DNA of 64,000 bases, from positions 15,314,001-15,378,000 of the forward strand of contig NC_088815.1 in NCBI RefSeq assembly GCF_011386835.1. The letters are read 5' to 3'. The position numbers were made by a program, and so were the translations under genes. The stretch is from Chrysemys picta bellii (Eukaryota). Of the stretch, positions 42,479 through 57,779 are shown piece after piece. Under the pieces are notes generated by a model that saw nothing but the letters and a program-made list of their open reading frames with translations, was not told where the DNA came from and ran no database searches. Within the stretch, counting starts at the first letter, position 1. Each line of letters begins with the position of its first letter.

Positions 42479-45400
42479 CTAGGAGAGCGGATGGAAACTA
42501 TAAATAAAGGCCATATGGAGCATATTATCTGGGCCGCCTCGCGTTCCCGGCGCTGTTTATGAAACACTTGGCCGGGGAGAGGCTGATAGGCACCAAAGCC
42601 ATGCGGCAGCGCTAAACAATCCGGAGGGCCGACAAACAAGAGAGCTTTTGAAGGCACCATCTGGGTCTCCTTCAGCCCTGGTTAAGGAGAGGGGGCCGAG
42701 GGGTTGGGGAAGGCGCTTTCATCCCCCCCGCGCCCTTCCTCCAGCCCCAGCCTTGAAGAAAGGCGATGATAAAGGAGCTGCCAGGGCCTGGCGCAGCACA
42801 TGCCAAGTCCAGCCCGCTCCACCGCCCCCTTGGCGGATCCCATCCCCGAGCTCACACTCCCCCCACTCCTCCCGGCCGGTCACGTCCATCGCCCCCCAGC
42901 CTGGAGGGTCCGAGACGCAAAACGCTACACAAATAAACAGCCGGCGCGCCTCCCCCCTGCTCCTTCCCCAAAGGCTGCCGGGCGCTGAGCTAGCCCACAT
43001 CCAGCCTTAGCCAGAGCAGTTCCACACCCTGCCCCCTCGAACCCAGGAGCCTGGTGCCCAGGGAGTGTGTACAGGGGGAGCCCCCAGCCCTCACCCCCCA
43101 TCGCGCCACACACTCAGCTGGAGCCGTGCCTGCCTGGCTTCATGGGGGGCTCCCGCTGGCCCCTATGCTGAGAGGCGATACCCCCCCACCATAGGGCTCA
43201 AAAGCATGCGGCATTCAGAGTGCCGTGGGCGGCAATGGGGTGGTGCTGCTGCGCCCAGCTCCCCAGGGCACCTACTTGTATTTCAGCTCTTGCACCTCCT
43301 GCTGGTGGGCCGGCACGCCGGGCTGGTCCTGCACGTTCTGCCTGGCGAGCTGCAGCTGGGCCGTCTGCAAGAGGGAGGGCAGGCGGAGTCAAGGGAGGAG
43401 ACACCGACCTCACCCACAGAGAGGCACCCGGCTGGGCGCCCCAGGCCGCTGCACACCTTAATAACACCAAAGCCACATGGCTCCAGGGCGGGTCAGGCTC
43501 AGAGTGATCCCACCTCGCCCCGGCCCCCACCCCTCGATTCCTTGTACCGAAGGCCCCCCCAGCACAGGAGAGGGACAGGAGCAGAGGCTCACGCCGAATG
43601 CTCCGCTGCCCAATCGAGCAGAGGCTGCGGCTGGGGCAGTGTGACCCCGCGGCTGGGCCCCAGGGCTATGAGCAGCAACGCCACCGACCTACCGCATGGC
43701 CGTGGGGAGACGACTGCTCCCCCCGCTTTGTCAGTTCAGCCTGGCAGCTCTTTGGGGCAGGGTCTGGGGCTGTGCCCCACACGACCGGGCCCTGATCTCG
43801 GCTGGGGCCTCACCCTCACACACAATACTAGCCCAACGTAGCCAGGAGTGCAAGCTCCTGCCCTTTCGCGGCTGGGGGGTGCTGCATGAGACGAGTTTGC
43901 TAGGGCTGAACCCAGTCCCTAAGAAGCAGCGTCCACGGTACAACTCCACCCCACTGCTGGCACCAGCAGGCCCCCTTGCCTGATGGGGCTCTGAAGACTG
44001 GATGGCGCATGGGGGAGGAGGGGCCCTACAGGGTGGGGGCAGGGATCCTACGCTGGCACTGCGGGGATCCTACGCTGGCAAGGCCCCAGCGCAAAGGGGA
44101 GGAGACAGGGGCCTCTCACCAGCTCTAGCTTCTCCTTCTCCTTCTGCTGGACCCTGGACAGGTGCTGGGCGAGCTCCGGCCGCCTGTGCTCCACCTGGAG
44201 CTGCTCCTTGATCTGCAGGATCTCCCGGGAGATGCCGCTGAAGGCCAGTGTGATCTCATGCACCAGCTCCCGGTAGCGGAGGAAGTCGTAGTGCGGCCCA
44301 CTGCTCAGATATGCCCGGTGGCCCCTGCGAGCCAGACAAAGCAACAGGTCTCCTGACATGAATGAGCCCCCCGAGACTGCCTCGGACTGGGCCTCAGGAG
44401 ACCTGGGTTCAAATCCCAGCTCTGCCACTGACTGTGTGGGCCACTGGGCCTCAGCCCTTCAATGGGGTAATGATGCTCCCTGGGGCAGGAACAGTCTCTC
44501 CCTGGCTCTCTGTGCAGCACCTGGCGTAATGGAGGCCTGTCTGTGGGTTTTACAGTAATAACTTCCAGGCGCAGCAAATTGCAGGCAGGGACTCGTAGCC
44601 CCAAAGCCTTTGCTCTCAGCTCGGTGCCGCAGAGAGGCGCACGGCCCCTCTCCCTACCCTCTGCATGACCCCTGCAGTCAGCGGCTCAGGTATTTTCCTC
44701 TTCAGCCTTTCCACTATATTATTGAATTATCAGCTAGTCCCTCCGGTGGCTGCCAGTGCTCATTACTGAGGGTTATTACCAGGCCCAACAGCTTAACCTC
44801 CGCTGGCCTGGCTTGGGGCTGGTTTGTTTGTTACAATCCAGGGCCAGGATCCGGACGAGTAAATCATCTCCCAGCTGTCGCTGAAATGGGCTACAGGTGT
44901 CTGGTTTGCCGGGTCCCCCTGGCCAGCCGGATACCAGCCCGCAGGGGCCAGGCCCAGGGCAGCTGCTGCTTCCTGGGATCCTTTGCCAGCCGGGCGGGGA
45001 GGCCCGAACATTACAGACTGGGCACAAAGCACCGGAGCAAGGGAGGACTGGGCCCAGCGCCAGCACGCACCTCAGCCGGAGCTGGGGAGTTTAAGGTCAA
45101 TGGGGCAGGGGAACGGCCCCGTTTTCCTCTCCTGCTTCATTCCCCACCAGGAATCCCTCCAATGCCCCTGGGCCACAGGGGGGAGGGGAAGAAGGCTGCA
45201 GAGGGCAGCGGGAAGCATCAGGCAGAGGGGCCAGGATAGGGCCTCCAGGTGGAGTGACCCCGCCCCCTCCCACCTGTTTGCCTGGGAATAAGGGGAGCGG
45301 CCAGGGCGGGCCAGCAGCGGGAAGAATCTGCTTGAAAGTCCCTGTTTGGCAGGAGTTGGCCTCACTCGTTTTTGGGGCTGGAAGGAGAAGTCCCTGCAGG

Positions 45401-48400
45401 GTGCTGCCTCCCACCCCGAGCTGGCTTGGGGCTGCGTTGTCTGCCAGGGCAGAGTCTGCACCCAAATACACACTGCACGCGAGCTGAGACCCCGGAGTCC
45501 CGCCCAGCCCCGGGGCTGAGCCTGCCCTTATACGCCAGGGTGTGGATCCCCCTAAGAGCGACCGGGGCAGAGGACAGGATGGGATCTGGCATGTGAGGGA
45601 GCCAGGGCCAGAGCCCACAGCCGCCAGTGATCCCCTGGCCTTGGGGTCACTTACTCCTCAAAGAGCCGATAGGCTTCCACCCGCTCCCCCTGCAGGGTGT
45701 AAAAGCGGTGCAGCAGCAGCTTCACGGCGTCATCCGTCTGCCAGCAGGAGACAAAGGGACAGTGTGAGATTCAGGGTGTCGCCGGCCCTGGGGCAACAGG
45801 CTCCCAGATGGCTCTGAACCAGCGAGACAGGCCCTGGTGCATCCCCCCCCAACTAGCCCCTCCACCGCTCGACCAGCCCCAGGAGGGCATTGTATGGTGA
45901 TGGGACACCTCCTCCTCCGCCCTGCGGGGCTCCCCACCCAGGGACTGCGGCACTAACCCCAGCCACAATGTGACAGCTGCCGTCCTGGGGCTTCCCTGGG
46001 GTTCCCATGTGGAGAAGGCCCCGTGCCCCATTCCCGGCCCCCCAACCCAGTCAGTCTCCCGCCCTGGGACGGATCAGAGCCATGCCCCAGAAAGGGAAAG
46101 GCCCCGTGTCCCATTTCCTTGCCTGAGCCAGCCAGTCCCCTGCCCTGGAGCTGAATGGGAAAGGCCCCATGTCCTATTCCACAACCTCCAAGCCGGTCAG
46201 TCCCCCCCGAATGAGCCCAGATTGGAGCTGGCGACAGGCTCCCCACCCTGTTGAGTTAGGGGTTCCTAACCCTGTGACCATCCAGTCGCCCCAAAACAGG
46301 GATAAGCTGGAACCCAGGGCTGTAGTGAGGAATGTCTCAATATTCCATGCTCTGACCCAGCAGGTCCTCATCATGGGGCCCACCGAAGGATGGGCTGGAG
46401 CCAGGGCCATGGAGATGAAAGCACCCCAGGGCTCCCCCAGTACCAGGTAGCACCCCATCCCCTCTAACCTGGGGCTGGATTCGAACCAGGGGACCAACAT
46501 GTGGCCATGGCCACCCCCCTGCATGCACTCCCACTTCCCCACCACTCCGGCCCACCATTGTGGGTTCTCAGATGCCAAGCCCGAGGCAGAGGGGCAGGGG
46601 GCTGCAACTGCTCCTCAGAGGGAGGCCGGGGTGGGGAGCCCGGTGAGGAGTGCACGGCCTCAGGGTCAGCTGTTCTGGGGCCAGAGTCCTCGCTGCCGCA
46701 GCTGCGGGATCCAGTTTCTCTCGCTCTCCAGAAGAAGGTTCCACGGGCTCCCCGAAGCCTCTTTCCATGGGCCTGTTCCGAGCTGCGGAGCAGCCGCAGG
46801 CCCTGAGTGCGTGCGTGGAGCCTCCCCAGAGCTCTCACCGTGCTGGGGTCTAGTGCACGGCAAGGCCTCCAGCCCCCCACACAACAGCTGCGTTTTCTAA
46901 CTTGGCAGCTCCAGAGGCTCTTTCCTGTTGGCAAAGCCCCCGGCCGGCCTCTCCGGTTCCAAGCCCCATCGCCTTTGAGCGACTCCTTGGCCCCCAGCAC
47001 CAAGCCAGGAGGCTCTGCTCCAGCCTCGCCCAGGACTCCCACGAGCACCGCCCAGCCACCTGTGAGCACCCAGGGCTGGGCAGCCTCTCACCGGGCGATG
47101 GAGGTTTCACACCATCTCACCCAGCACTGCGGGAGCCCCCGCCCCGCCATCTGCAGCCAGCGCCGCGACCTCGCGACCTTCCGAGCGGGTTGTGTGTTTG
47201 ACAAGTCTCCAAAGCACAATTCCAGCACTTTCCGAGCCAGGGCTTAGCAAAGCGCCTTCCGCTCCCTAACGCCTCTGCTTCCAAATGGGGCGAGGGCTGG
47301 GGGGGAGGCAGAGAGTGAGCGGGAGGGAGCGCTGTCTTAGCAACACGCTGTCCGGCTGGAGTTTTTAGCTTGCGGTATCCCACCCAATTAAAGGGGACGG
47401 TAAATTTCGACCTAACGATCCTCCATGCACTGCCCACAAGGAGCTCAAACCACACCCAGTGTGCCATTGCCCAAGCTCTACAGGGCATTAGTGGGCGCAC
47501 ACCTGAGAGGGTGGCAGCAAGCACGGACTATGGCATCCTCCTGGGATCACCAGGCTAGAGCAGTGCAGCGGCCTCTCTAGGTCAGATTCCTCTCCTCAGG
47601 GCCAGCCCCAGCAGCATCAGAGGAAGGAACAGCAGGCAGAGACAGGATGACCTGATCCCTCCTGACCCCAGTGGTCATAGGTTGGCTTGCGCCCTGTAGC
47701 ATGAGGGTTTGTTTTCTAATAGTTACTATTCTAGCGCTAGCTATTCATGTTCTCTACTCACATGGAGATTGCTCCTGGGGGAATTCTGCATTCCTGCGCA
47801 TGTGCAGAATTCATGGCCCCCGCAGATTTCTTTGCTTCCCCACAGAAAAATGACTTCTGACAGGGAAGCAAAGGGAAGCTGCAAGAGCAGTCACGCATCC
47901 CTCCCCAGCAGCACAGGCAGGTTGCTTTGGGTGCTCAGAGCAGCCAGTAGAGATGTAAATCACCACTGGGGCGAGGGGGCTGGGCAGTCATGCGTGTGAG
48001 AGAGAGAGAGAGAGAGAGAGAAACACTCTGTCCCTCTCAGTGCTCACTCACTATTGCGGCACGCTCGGCGAGGAGGGGCAGGGCTTTGGGATGTTTCTGA
48101 CGAGGTAAGTGTGGGGCAGGCGCTGTGCCTCAGGCAGAGCAGAAGGCAGCAGCCTGCCTGTGTAGTGAATTGTTCCCATTATTAGTGAATTCCCCCAGGA
48201 GTATAAAACAGGTGTAAAAAATGTTAAGGCTCCTTTACATGGCCAGAGTGATTGTAAAGGACAGGATGACCTTAGAAATGATTATGGCGCTTTAGTGATT
48301 AGAACGAGTCTAAATTTTTGGACTGAAAAAATTTCCTATTAAAATGTGCTCCATGAACGGTTTGCTGCTGACCTGTCTGGAGATGGTCAGTAGCCAGTAT

Positions 48401-50457
48401 AAATTGTGACTTTGAGTCCCCAGCCCTGGCTTGGTCTTCAGTTGCCTATAATGTAACACTGAGCAAATGGCTGCAGATATTTTCTGACTAATAACTAGAA
48501 GTTAAGGGTCAATACTAGCTACGTTACTATTAGACAAAGGAGGGCTGGGGATTTCCTCCAGTGCCCCCCACTCCCATTCTCCATCCATTGTACTATAGTT
48601 TAAATAAATGATCTGTTAATAACTGCATTATTTTAACAAATAAAATATGCAGAATTTTAAAATATTGTGTGCAGAATTTTAATGTTTCAGCACAGAACTC
48701 CCCCAGGAATAGGAGATGAGCACAGATCTGGTTACCCACATTCAGGCCTAATCCCTTTTCTCACTCCTGCTAAACTCTTGGTCTCAGTGCGATCTTGTGG
48801 CAGGGAGTCCCACAGGGACCCTGTGCATGTAAGGAAAGTATTTCCTGTTTTGTCCCTTGTCTCAATTTTATTTCAAGGAGAGCTGCTGGGGGAAAACTGA
48901 GCTTCCACCCGGGATTTTGCAGCTCACAAAGCACCAACTCGCATCACAAAGATGTCAGCTCTGCTGAGACTGTGAATTACGAGGGAAAAACAGGTTTGCT
49001 TGCTCATTTTTTAAGAATCTTATTTTTGTATTTACTCCCTTTGAAACTTTATCCCTGGGCTAGTCATGGCCTAAATGAACCAGTGGGAGGGGGAACGGTT
49101 AAGACAGGTCGGCTCAATAAAGATCCTATGTCACAACAGACCCAACTGATGGCAAACGGTGGCAGAAGAATGAAGACCGGCCAGGTTGGCCGGGTGCATC
49201 CTGCAGCTTTTGACTGTCAACACAGGGCCATTTCTATCCCTACATCCCCTTAACTGGGCTGGCATTCCTGAGCCTTCTGCTGGGGCACAACTGGGGGGTG
49301 GAGGGGGGAGCCCCCTCAGCTGAAGTTACAACCCTAGGAAAGGAGAGAAAGGCCTCAGTACAGACCAAGGGTTCTCGCCCCGGAGAGTGGGAAGAGGCCC
49401 AGCCCGGGGCAGGCTGGGAGGAGTTGGTGTAGACGGGTTTCTTTACCTGATAGCGCCTCGCTTGATTCACCTCAGTCACTTCCCTCTGCTCTTCACAGCG
49501 GGGCTTCCCCATTTCCAGCCCCAGCTCCCCAGCACCCCTCCTGTCTCCGGTGCCTGCCCCCCACCAGCTGGTGTCTGAGCGCCCCACCACCCTGAGTGTA
49601 TGCAGCCCCCCAGGCCTCCTGCCCAGCCCTCCCTGCAGCCCCCCAGGACCCCTGCCCAGGCCTCCTGCCCCCTCCCTGCAGCCCCCAGGACCCCTGCCCA
49701 GCCCTCCTGCCCCCTCCCTGCAGCCCCCCAGGACCCCTGCCCAGCCCCCTGCCCCCTCCCTGCAGCCCCCCAGGACCCCTGCCCAGGCCTCCTGCCCCCT
49801 CCCTGCAGCCCCCAGGACCCCTGCCCAGCCCCCCTGCCCCCCTCCCAGGACTCCTGCCCCCTCCCTGCAGGCCCCCAGCCCAGCCCTGTAGGCCCCCAGG
49901 ACCCCGGCCCAGCCCTCCTGCCCCCTCCCTGCAGCCCCCCAGGACCCCTGCCTCCTCCCTGCAGCCCCCCAGGACCCCGGCCCAGCCCTCCTGCCCCCTC
50001 CCTGCAGCCCAGACCCACAAATCGGGGGTGGGATGGGAGCAGTCTCAGCCCCAGGAGCGCTAAGGCAAAGGCGAGCCCGGGATCCTGGGTGTGTGCCGCG
50101 GGGGGGGGGGGGGGGGGGGCTGCGACCCCAGCCCGGCCAGGGGCAGAAACCAGCCGCCCCCCGCCCCGGCTCCGAGCTCCCAGGGGATGTGCAGCCTCTG
50201 CCGCGTGCACGAGCCCAAAGCGGGGCCGCAGCGGCTGGGCCCCCCGGGGAAAGCGGCTCGGCCCGGGCCCGGCTCGGCAGGGTCCCCCCAGCCCCGGCCC
50301 GTGCTCCCGGCCCCCCCGGGGAAGCCGCGCTCACCATTGCAGGAGGCTCCCCCCGGCCGGGCGCTCCCCGCCCCGCACGCGGGCGCTGCAGCCGCGGAGA
50401 CGGGCGGGCGGACGGGCCGGGGGAGGCGGCTGCCGCCTGCAGGCCTGGCAGCCTCAT
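42406..50457 (-). CDS. REX1BD: Required for excision 1-B domain protein (C19orf60); join(50457..50335, 45737..45655, 44324..44120, 43364..43276, 42478..42406), 190 aa (150 aa if the ATG at 50337 is used)
   Basis: Motifs LQGERVEAYRLFEEGHRAYL...YDFLRYRELVHEITLAF and LIKTIEAISEILQDLKYDSEEAE*; phases 0,2,0,2 are consistent; lies between CRLF1 and UBA52. Confidence 0.9.
43276..43364 (-). CDS. REX1BD: REX1BD exon 4 (TAQLQLARQNVQDQPGVPAHQQEVQELKYK)
   Basis: cttgcAG| acceptor, AA|GTAGGT donor. Confidence 0.9.
44120..44324 (-). CDS. REX1BD: REX1BD exon 3 (GHRAYLSSGPHYDF...KEKLEL)
   Basis: cgcAG| acceptor, CTG|GTGAGA donor. Confidence 0.93.
44375..44475 (+). mobile_element. MIR-like SINE fragment
   Basis: gacctgggttcaaatcccagctctgccactgact. 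Confidence 0.75.
45655..45737 (-). CDS. REX1BD: REX1BD exon 2 (TDDAVKLLLHRFYTLQGERVEAYRLFEE)
   Basis: ggcAG| acceptor, GA|GTAAGT donor. Confidence 0.9.
47773..48708. mobile_element. Non-autonomous DNA-transposon-like element in REX1BD intron 1
   Basis: Inverted termini TCCTGGGGGAATTCTG / CAGAACTCCCCCAGGA (15 of 16 match); recurring GCAGAATT motifs; no TSD resolved. Confidence 0.6.
49601..50010. repeat. C-rich variable minisatellite (about 40-43 bp units)
   Basis: Recurring CTGCAGCCCCC(C)AGGACCCCTGCCCAG(C/G)CCTCCTGCCCCCTCC. Confidence 0.9.
50335..50457 (-). CDS. REX1BD: REX1BD exon 1 (MRLPGLQ...GEPPAM)
   Basis: CpG island; donor ATG|GTGAGC in phase 0; which start codon is used is uncertain. 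Confidence 0.6.
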
Positions 50458-50539
50458 GACCAGCCGGGGGGGGGGGGGGGGGAGCGGGCCTGAGTTGCTG
50501 CATACAGCCCGGTACAGGGGCCGCCCCCAGCTCCCCGCA

Positions 50540-51226
50540 CCGCGCAGGGTTCAGGGGTCCCCCTGCAGGGCCAGCATTAGACACGTGGGGCCAAGCCCGG
50601 GGGCCTGAGCCCCACGCCCGGGGGCTAAAGCCGAAGCCTGAGCAATGGAGCTTCACTGGGGGGGGCCGGGTTGTATCATTGCTGGTGGTGCCCAGAGTTG
50701 GCGCTTGGGGTGGGGGCAGTGCGCGGAGACACCCCCCTGCCCGGGGCCAGCGCACGGAGACACCCCCCTGCCCGGGGCCAGCGCGCGGAGACACCCCCCT
50801 GCCCGGGGCCAGCGCGCGGAGACACCCCCCCTGCCCGGGGCCGTAGGGAGCGAGGCTGGGCAGGAAGCCGCCTGAACCCCGCGGCGCTGCCAGGGGTGGC
50901 GACGGTGGCTGGGGGCCTGCGGGCCCTTTTAAATCGCCCGGGGCGGCAAGTGGGGCCAGGAGACCCTCCATGGGCAGTGCAGGTGGGGCTGGGGCAGAGA
51001 CCCGGCTCCGAACATTGGTGGAGCCGGGCCCTGAATATTCCTGGAGCCCGGGCACCACGGGCCCATACAACTCGCCACCTCTGGCTTCACTGGGGCCCCT
51101 GTGGCTGTTACCCTACTTGTTGTCCGTCCATGCCAGCCTGGGCTTTTCTAGGCCGCTGTTGACACACAGGCGGCCGTGGAGTTTTTATAGTGGGGGGCAC
51201 AGAAAGGAAAAGGTTGAAAACCCCTG
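50540..51226. mobile_element. hAT-like element remnant with a nested Harbinger-like MITE (about 50664-51076) directly upstream of REX1BD
   Basis: Right end GGTTGAAAACCCCTG followed by AGCTAGAT; inner imperfect inverted termini GGCCGGGTTGTAT / ATACAACTCGCC; left boundary uncertain. Confidence 0.5.
50721..50843. repeat. 31-bp tandem repeat, 4 copies
   Basis: Unit GCGCGGAGACACCCCCCTGCCCGGGGCCAGC. Confidence 0.92.
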
Positions 51227-52935
51227 AGCTAGATCAGTATTTGTATTGCTGTCACACCTCGACATGCATGGAGCAGGTATGGCAGGAACAAACCAAGGCC
51301 ATCCCCATGCCACAGAACTCACATTTGCAGGTAATTAGCTCTCACTAGAGCCCTGGGAGCTTGGGGGTCAGTATCACCCCCCTCTTACAGGTGGACTCAG
51401 CCAAGGGAGACACCAACGGCAGACCCAGGACTAGGTTTCCCATTTCCGAACCCCATCTTGTTCCCAAGCCTATGCTGCCATTCCCAGTCACCTGAGCCAG
51501 AGGGCAACCCCCTGCAGTGGAGTCTTGATGCACTTTGCTGGGCTAAAGCTCAGGCAAGCTGATGTCGAAGGCCGGTAGGAAGGTCCCAGAGCAGAGGTAA
51601 AATATTTCCTCCCTTAGAACAAGGTGTCTGCAACACCTGCTCTTTTGGGCTCTGGCACCGGAGACTCACTCAGCTCCATGACTCCGTTTTCTGAGCTAGG
51701 AACTGGAATACGGTTTCCCTCAGAGCTGTACTGTGCACTAGCCGGGTTCAAATCCTGAATGAGGTGAAAGGTGGCCATGAAGCAGGGGGCTCTCATGGTG
51801 TTTCTTCTCTTCTACAAGATCACAGGCCAGGCAGGAGGTGCATTGGCAGAGCTAAACCTGGAACCTTCCACCTGCATTTCCTACCAGAAAATGCCCCTCA
51901 TCTTTGTGTTTGAGTAAAAGCCCCATGTCAGAACACAAGGGGCTAGTAAACCCCCATTCCTTACAAGGGCAGCCGATTTAGGGTCAAGCTCAAATCAAAC
52001 TCCAGCCACCAGACAGGCACTGGTACCTCTGAGCAGGAGCCTGTGCTGGATTGGAGCGAACAATTCCCAAATAGATTGTCCAGGCTTTCAGCTCACTAGG
52101 ATGGCACCACGCCCTGATCTCTGTCGCTCTGCCATATAGTTTGCCTTTTCAGTGTGGCACCAGGATCTATCTACTGCAAGAAGCAGTCGCTCAGACAGAA
52201 CACAAGGGAAGAGGCTAACTCTCTCCTGCCCCCTCTTACCTGTCAGGTGAGTTACATTGGTAGGAGAAAAGGCATTTCCCCTCTTCCCAACTGACATGGT
52301 CCTTTCCGGGTGGAGCTGAGAAACAAGCTGTCTTCCCAACACTTGTAGCTGCAGCCTCACTGCTGCTGGGCTTTTATTCCAACCACAGGGGTCTGAGATC
52401 TCCCATGTGCTGTCTAGGTCCCCCTCCCCCAGAACAGGTTTTGGTGCAATCCTGATTGCCACTGTAGGATGGTGTAAACTAGCCACAAATCTTCAGCCTA
52501 CTCCTAGAGGCTATTCCCTTTAAACCAACAAGAAAATAGGTATCACCTTGAATCTGAGAGGTGCTTTTAGCAAACGATAGTCCATCTGTTAGCATGGACC
52601 TAGCTACTGAATTCTGTTTCTACTGTACAGGAATGTTTGCTAGGCAGACACTGCACTCTGAATTCCTTAATCCATCTGCCATACGTGTTCAGAGGAACAG
52701 GATCTCTGCTACTGCAGGAAGCCAAGAATGGATCAGGCAAGTTTAAGAATGGCAGAGAAGTGTCTGAATCAAGCCCTGTATTTCATGTTGAAAAGACATG
52801 CAGTGAGAACACATTTTACAGGATATGCAGAGATCATGTGCATTGTTCTGAACAGCATTAAGTACGTGAAAACAACTGTGCAGGTGAGAGGGCAGAGGAT
52901 AAATGGCAGACACGTGGCTGAGCACTGGAAGTCGA

Positions 52936-52941
52936 TTTATT
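52936..52941 (-). terminator. UBA52 polyadenylation signal AATAAA
   Basis: About 107 nt past the stop, a short 3'UTR typical of ribosomal protein genes. Confidence 0.85.
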
Positions 52942-53048
52942 CAACACACCCCTGCCTCATGCAGGGCCAAGCTACGTTGCAGCAGACTGACTACCCGACT
53001 TGAATTCAACAGCACGTAGCCACACGGGCCGAAGACAGGGAGCTCCCT

Positions 53049-56544
<3,496 letters not shown>

Positions 56545-57018
56545 TCAGCGCCCGCCGCAGCCCCGCGTGGCGAGCCAGGCAACGGCCCCGCCGCCCGCCC
56601 GGGCTCCGCGGCCACCCGGGGGTGGGGTCTGTCCTGCCCCCCCATCCGTCCGCCCCCCCCACCCCGCTCCCTCCCTCCTCCTGCCCCCCCGCCTCGTCCT
56701 GCCCCTCCCCGCCGCTCCCCCCCATCCGTCCGGCCTCCCCCCCCTGCTCCTGCCCCCCACCCGCCGCTCCCTCCGAGCCCATCCTGGCCCCACACACCAC
56801 CGCCCCCGCCCCACATACCGGCCCCGGCCCCAGCCCCATTCACCGCCCCCGGCCTGGACCCATCCGCCGCTTCCCCGAACCCGAGCCCGGCCCCACACAC
56901 CGCCCCCCCCACCAGGCCCGGCCCCACACACCGCTCCCCCGAGCCCGGCCTGGCCCCATCCGCCGCTCCCCCCGGCCCCAGCCCCACACACCGCCCCCCC
57001 CAGCCCCACGCCGCTCAC

Positions 57019-57056
57019 CAGCCGCCCGGCCGCCTCGCTGGAGAGAAGAGAAAGGG
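57019..57056 (-). promoter_or_regulatory. UBA52: UBA52 non-coding exon 1 with 5'TOP/TCT initiator
   Basis: Minus strand reads CCCTTTCTCTTCTCTCCAGCGAGGCGGCCGGGCGGCTG|GTGAGC, typical of ribosomal protein genes. Confidence 0.85.
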
Positions 57057-57057
57057 C

Positions 57058-57135
57058 CTCCGGAACCGGAAACAGCCCAGCGCACGCGGACGTTACGTCA
57101 GACGCTGCACGCGCCGCGTACGCAGTATTATAATG
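57058..57135 (-). promoter_or_regulatory. UBA52 promoter: tandem ETS/GABP sites and a CRE-like site
   Basis: CCGGAACCGGAAA at about 57060-57072; TTACGTCA at 57093-57100; CpG island about 56350-57450. Confidence 0.65.
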
Positions 57136-57773
57136 GTTGCCCCGCCCACCTCGTGCCGTGCGTCATAACCAGCGCCCCGCCCCCGGTCAAGCTCCGCGCC
57201 AATCAGCTCCCGCGCAGGAGAGTTTCCCCCCCCCCGGGGGCGGAGTCCGGGTCCGGTGCCCCGAGCTGGGCGGGGGCGGAGGGAGGGGTCAGGCACGTCT
57301 AGGTGTGCGCACACGCGTGTGCAAGCCACACCCCCCACGCCTGAGGGCACGCCCCTCGCACCCTGCCCCTCGCACCCTGCCCCAGCACGCGCCAGGAGCT
57401 GGCGGACGGGAGAGTCCCGCACACTGGCTACTGGCCCCTGCTATTAAAATATTTTGAATTGGGAGCAAAGGCCGATTCATAAAGCACTGACCCGCTCCCC
57501 TCATGTGCTCTCAAAATCTAGCCTTTGCTTTGTGCAGCAAAGCTCACCGATTTTGCTCCTATTTTCATTTAATTCACACTCTTAATCATGGTGTAGTGAT
57601 TGCATCTCTAGAATTAGGACCACTCCTATGTCCCTTATGTGAGAGCTATAGTGGCTATAATTCTTTTAGCCTATCAGAGAAATCAAACTTCACCTCGAAT
57701 GACCAGAAGTTACAGCGTACATGCACAAATTCCACCTAGTAAAGAAGGAACATGAAGTGGTTTGGATGGATGT

Positions 57774-57779
57774 TTTATT
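57774..57779 (-). terminator. Probable KXD1 polyadenylation signal AATAAA
   Basis: About 1.1 kb past the stop and about 0.7 kb upstream of the UBA52 TSS. Confidence 0.65.

Noticed and set aside
49240-50334. Continuation of the 405-aa minus ORF, and overlapping Pro/Gly-rich ORFs
   Set aside because: These read past the REX1BD donor into a low-complexity VNTR
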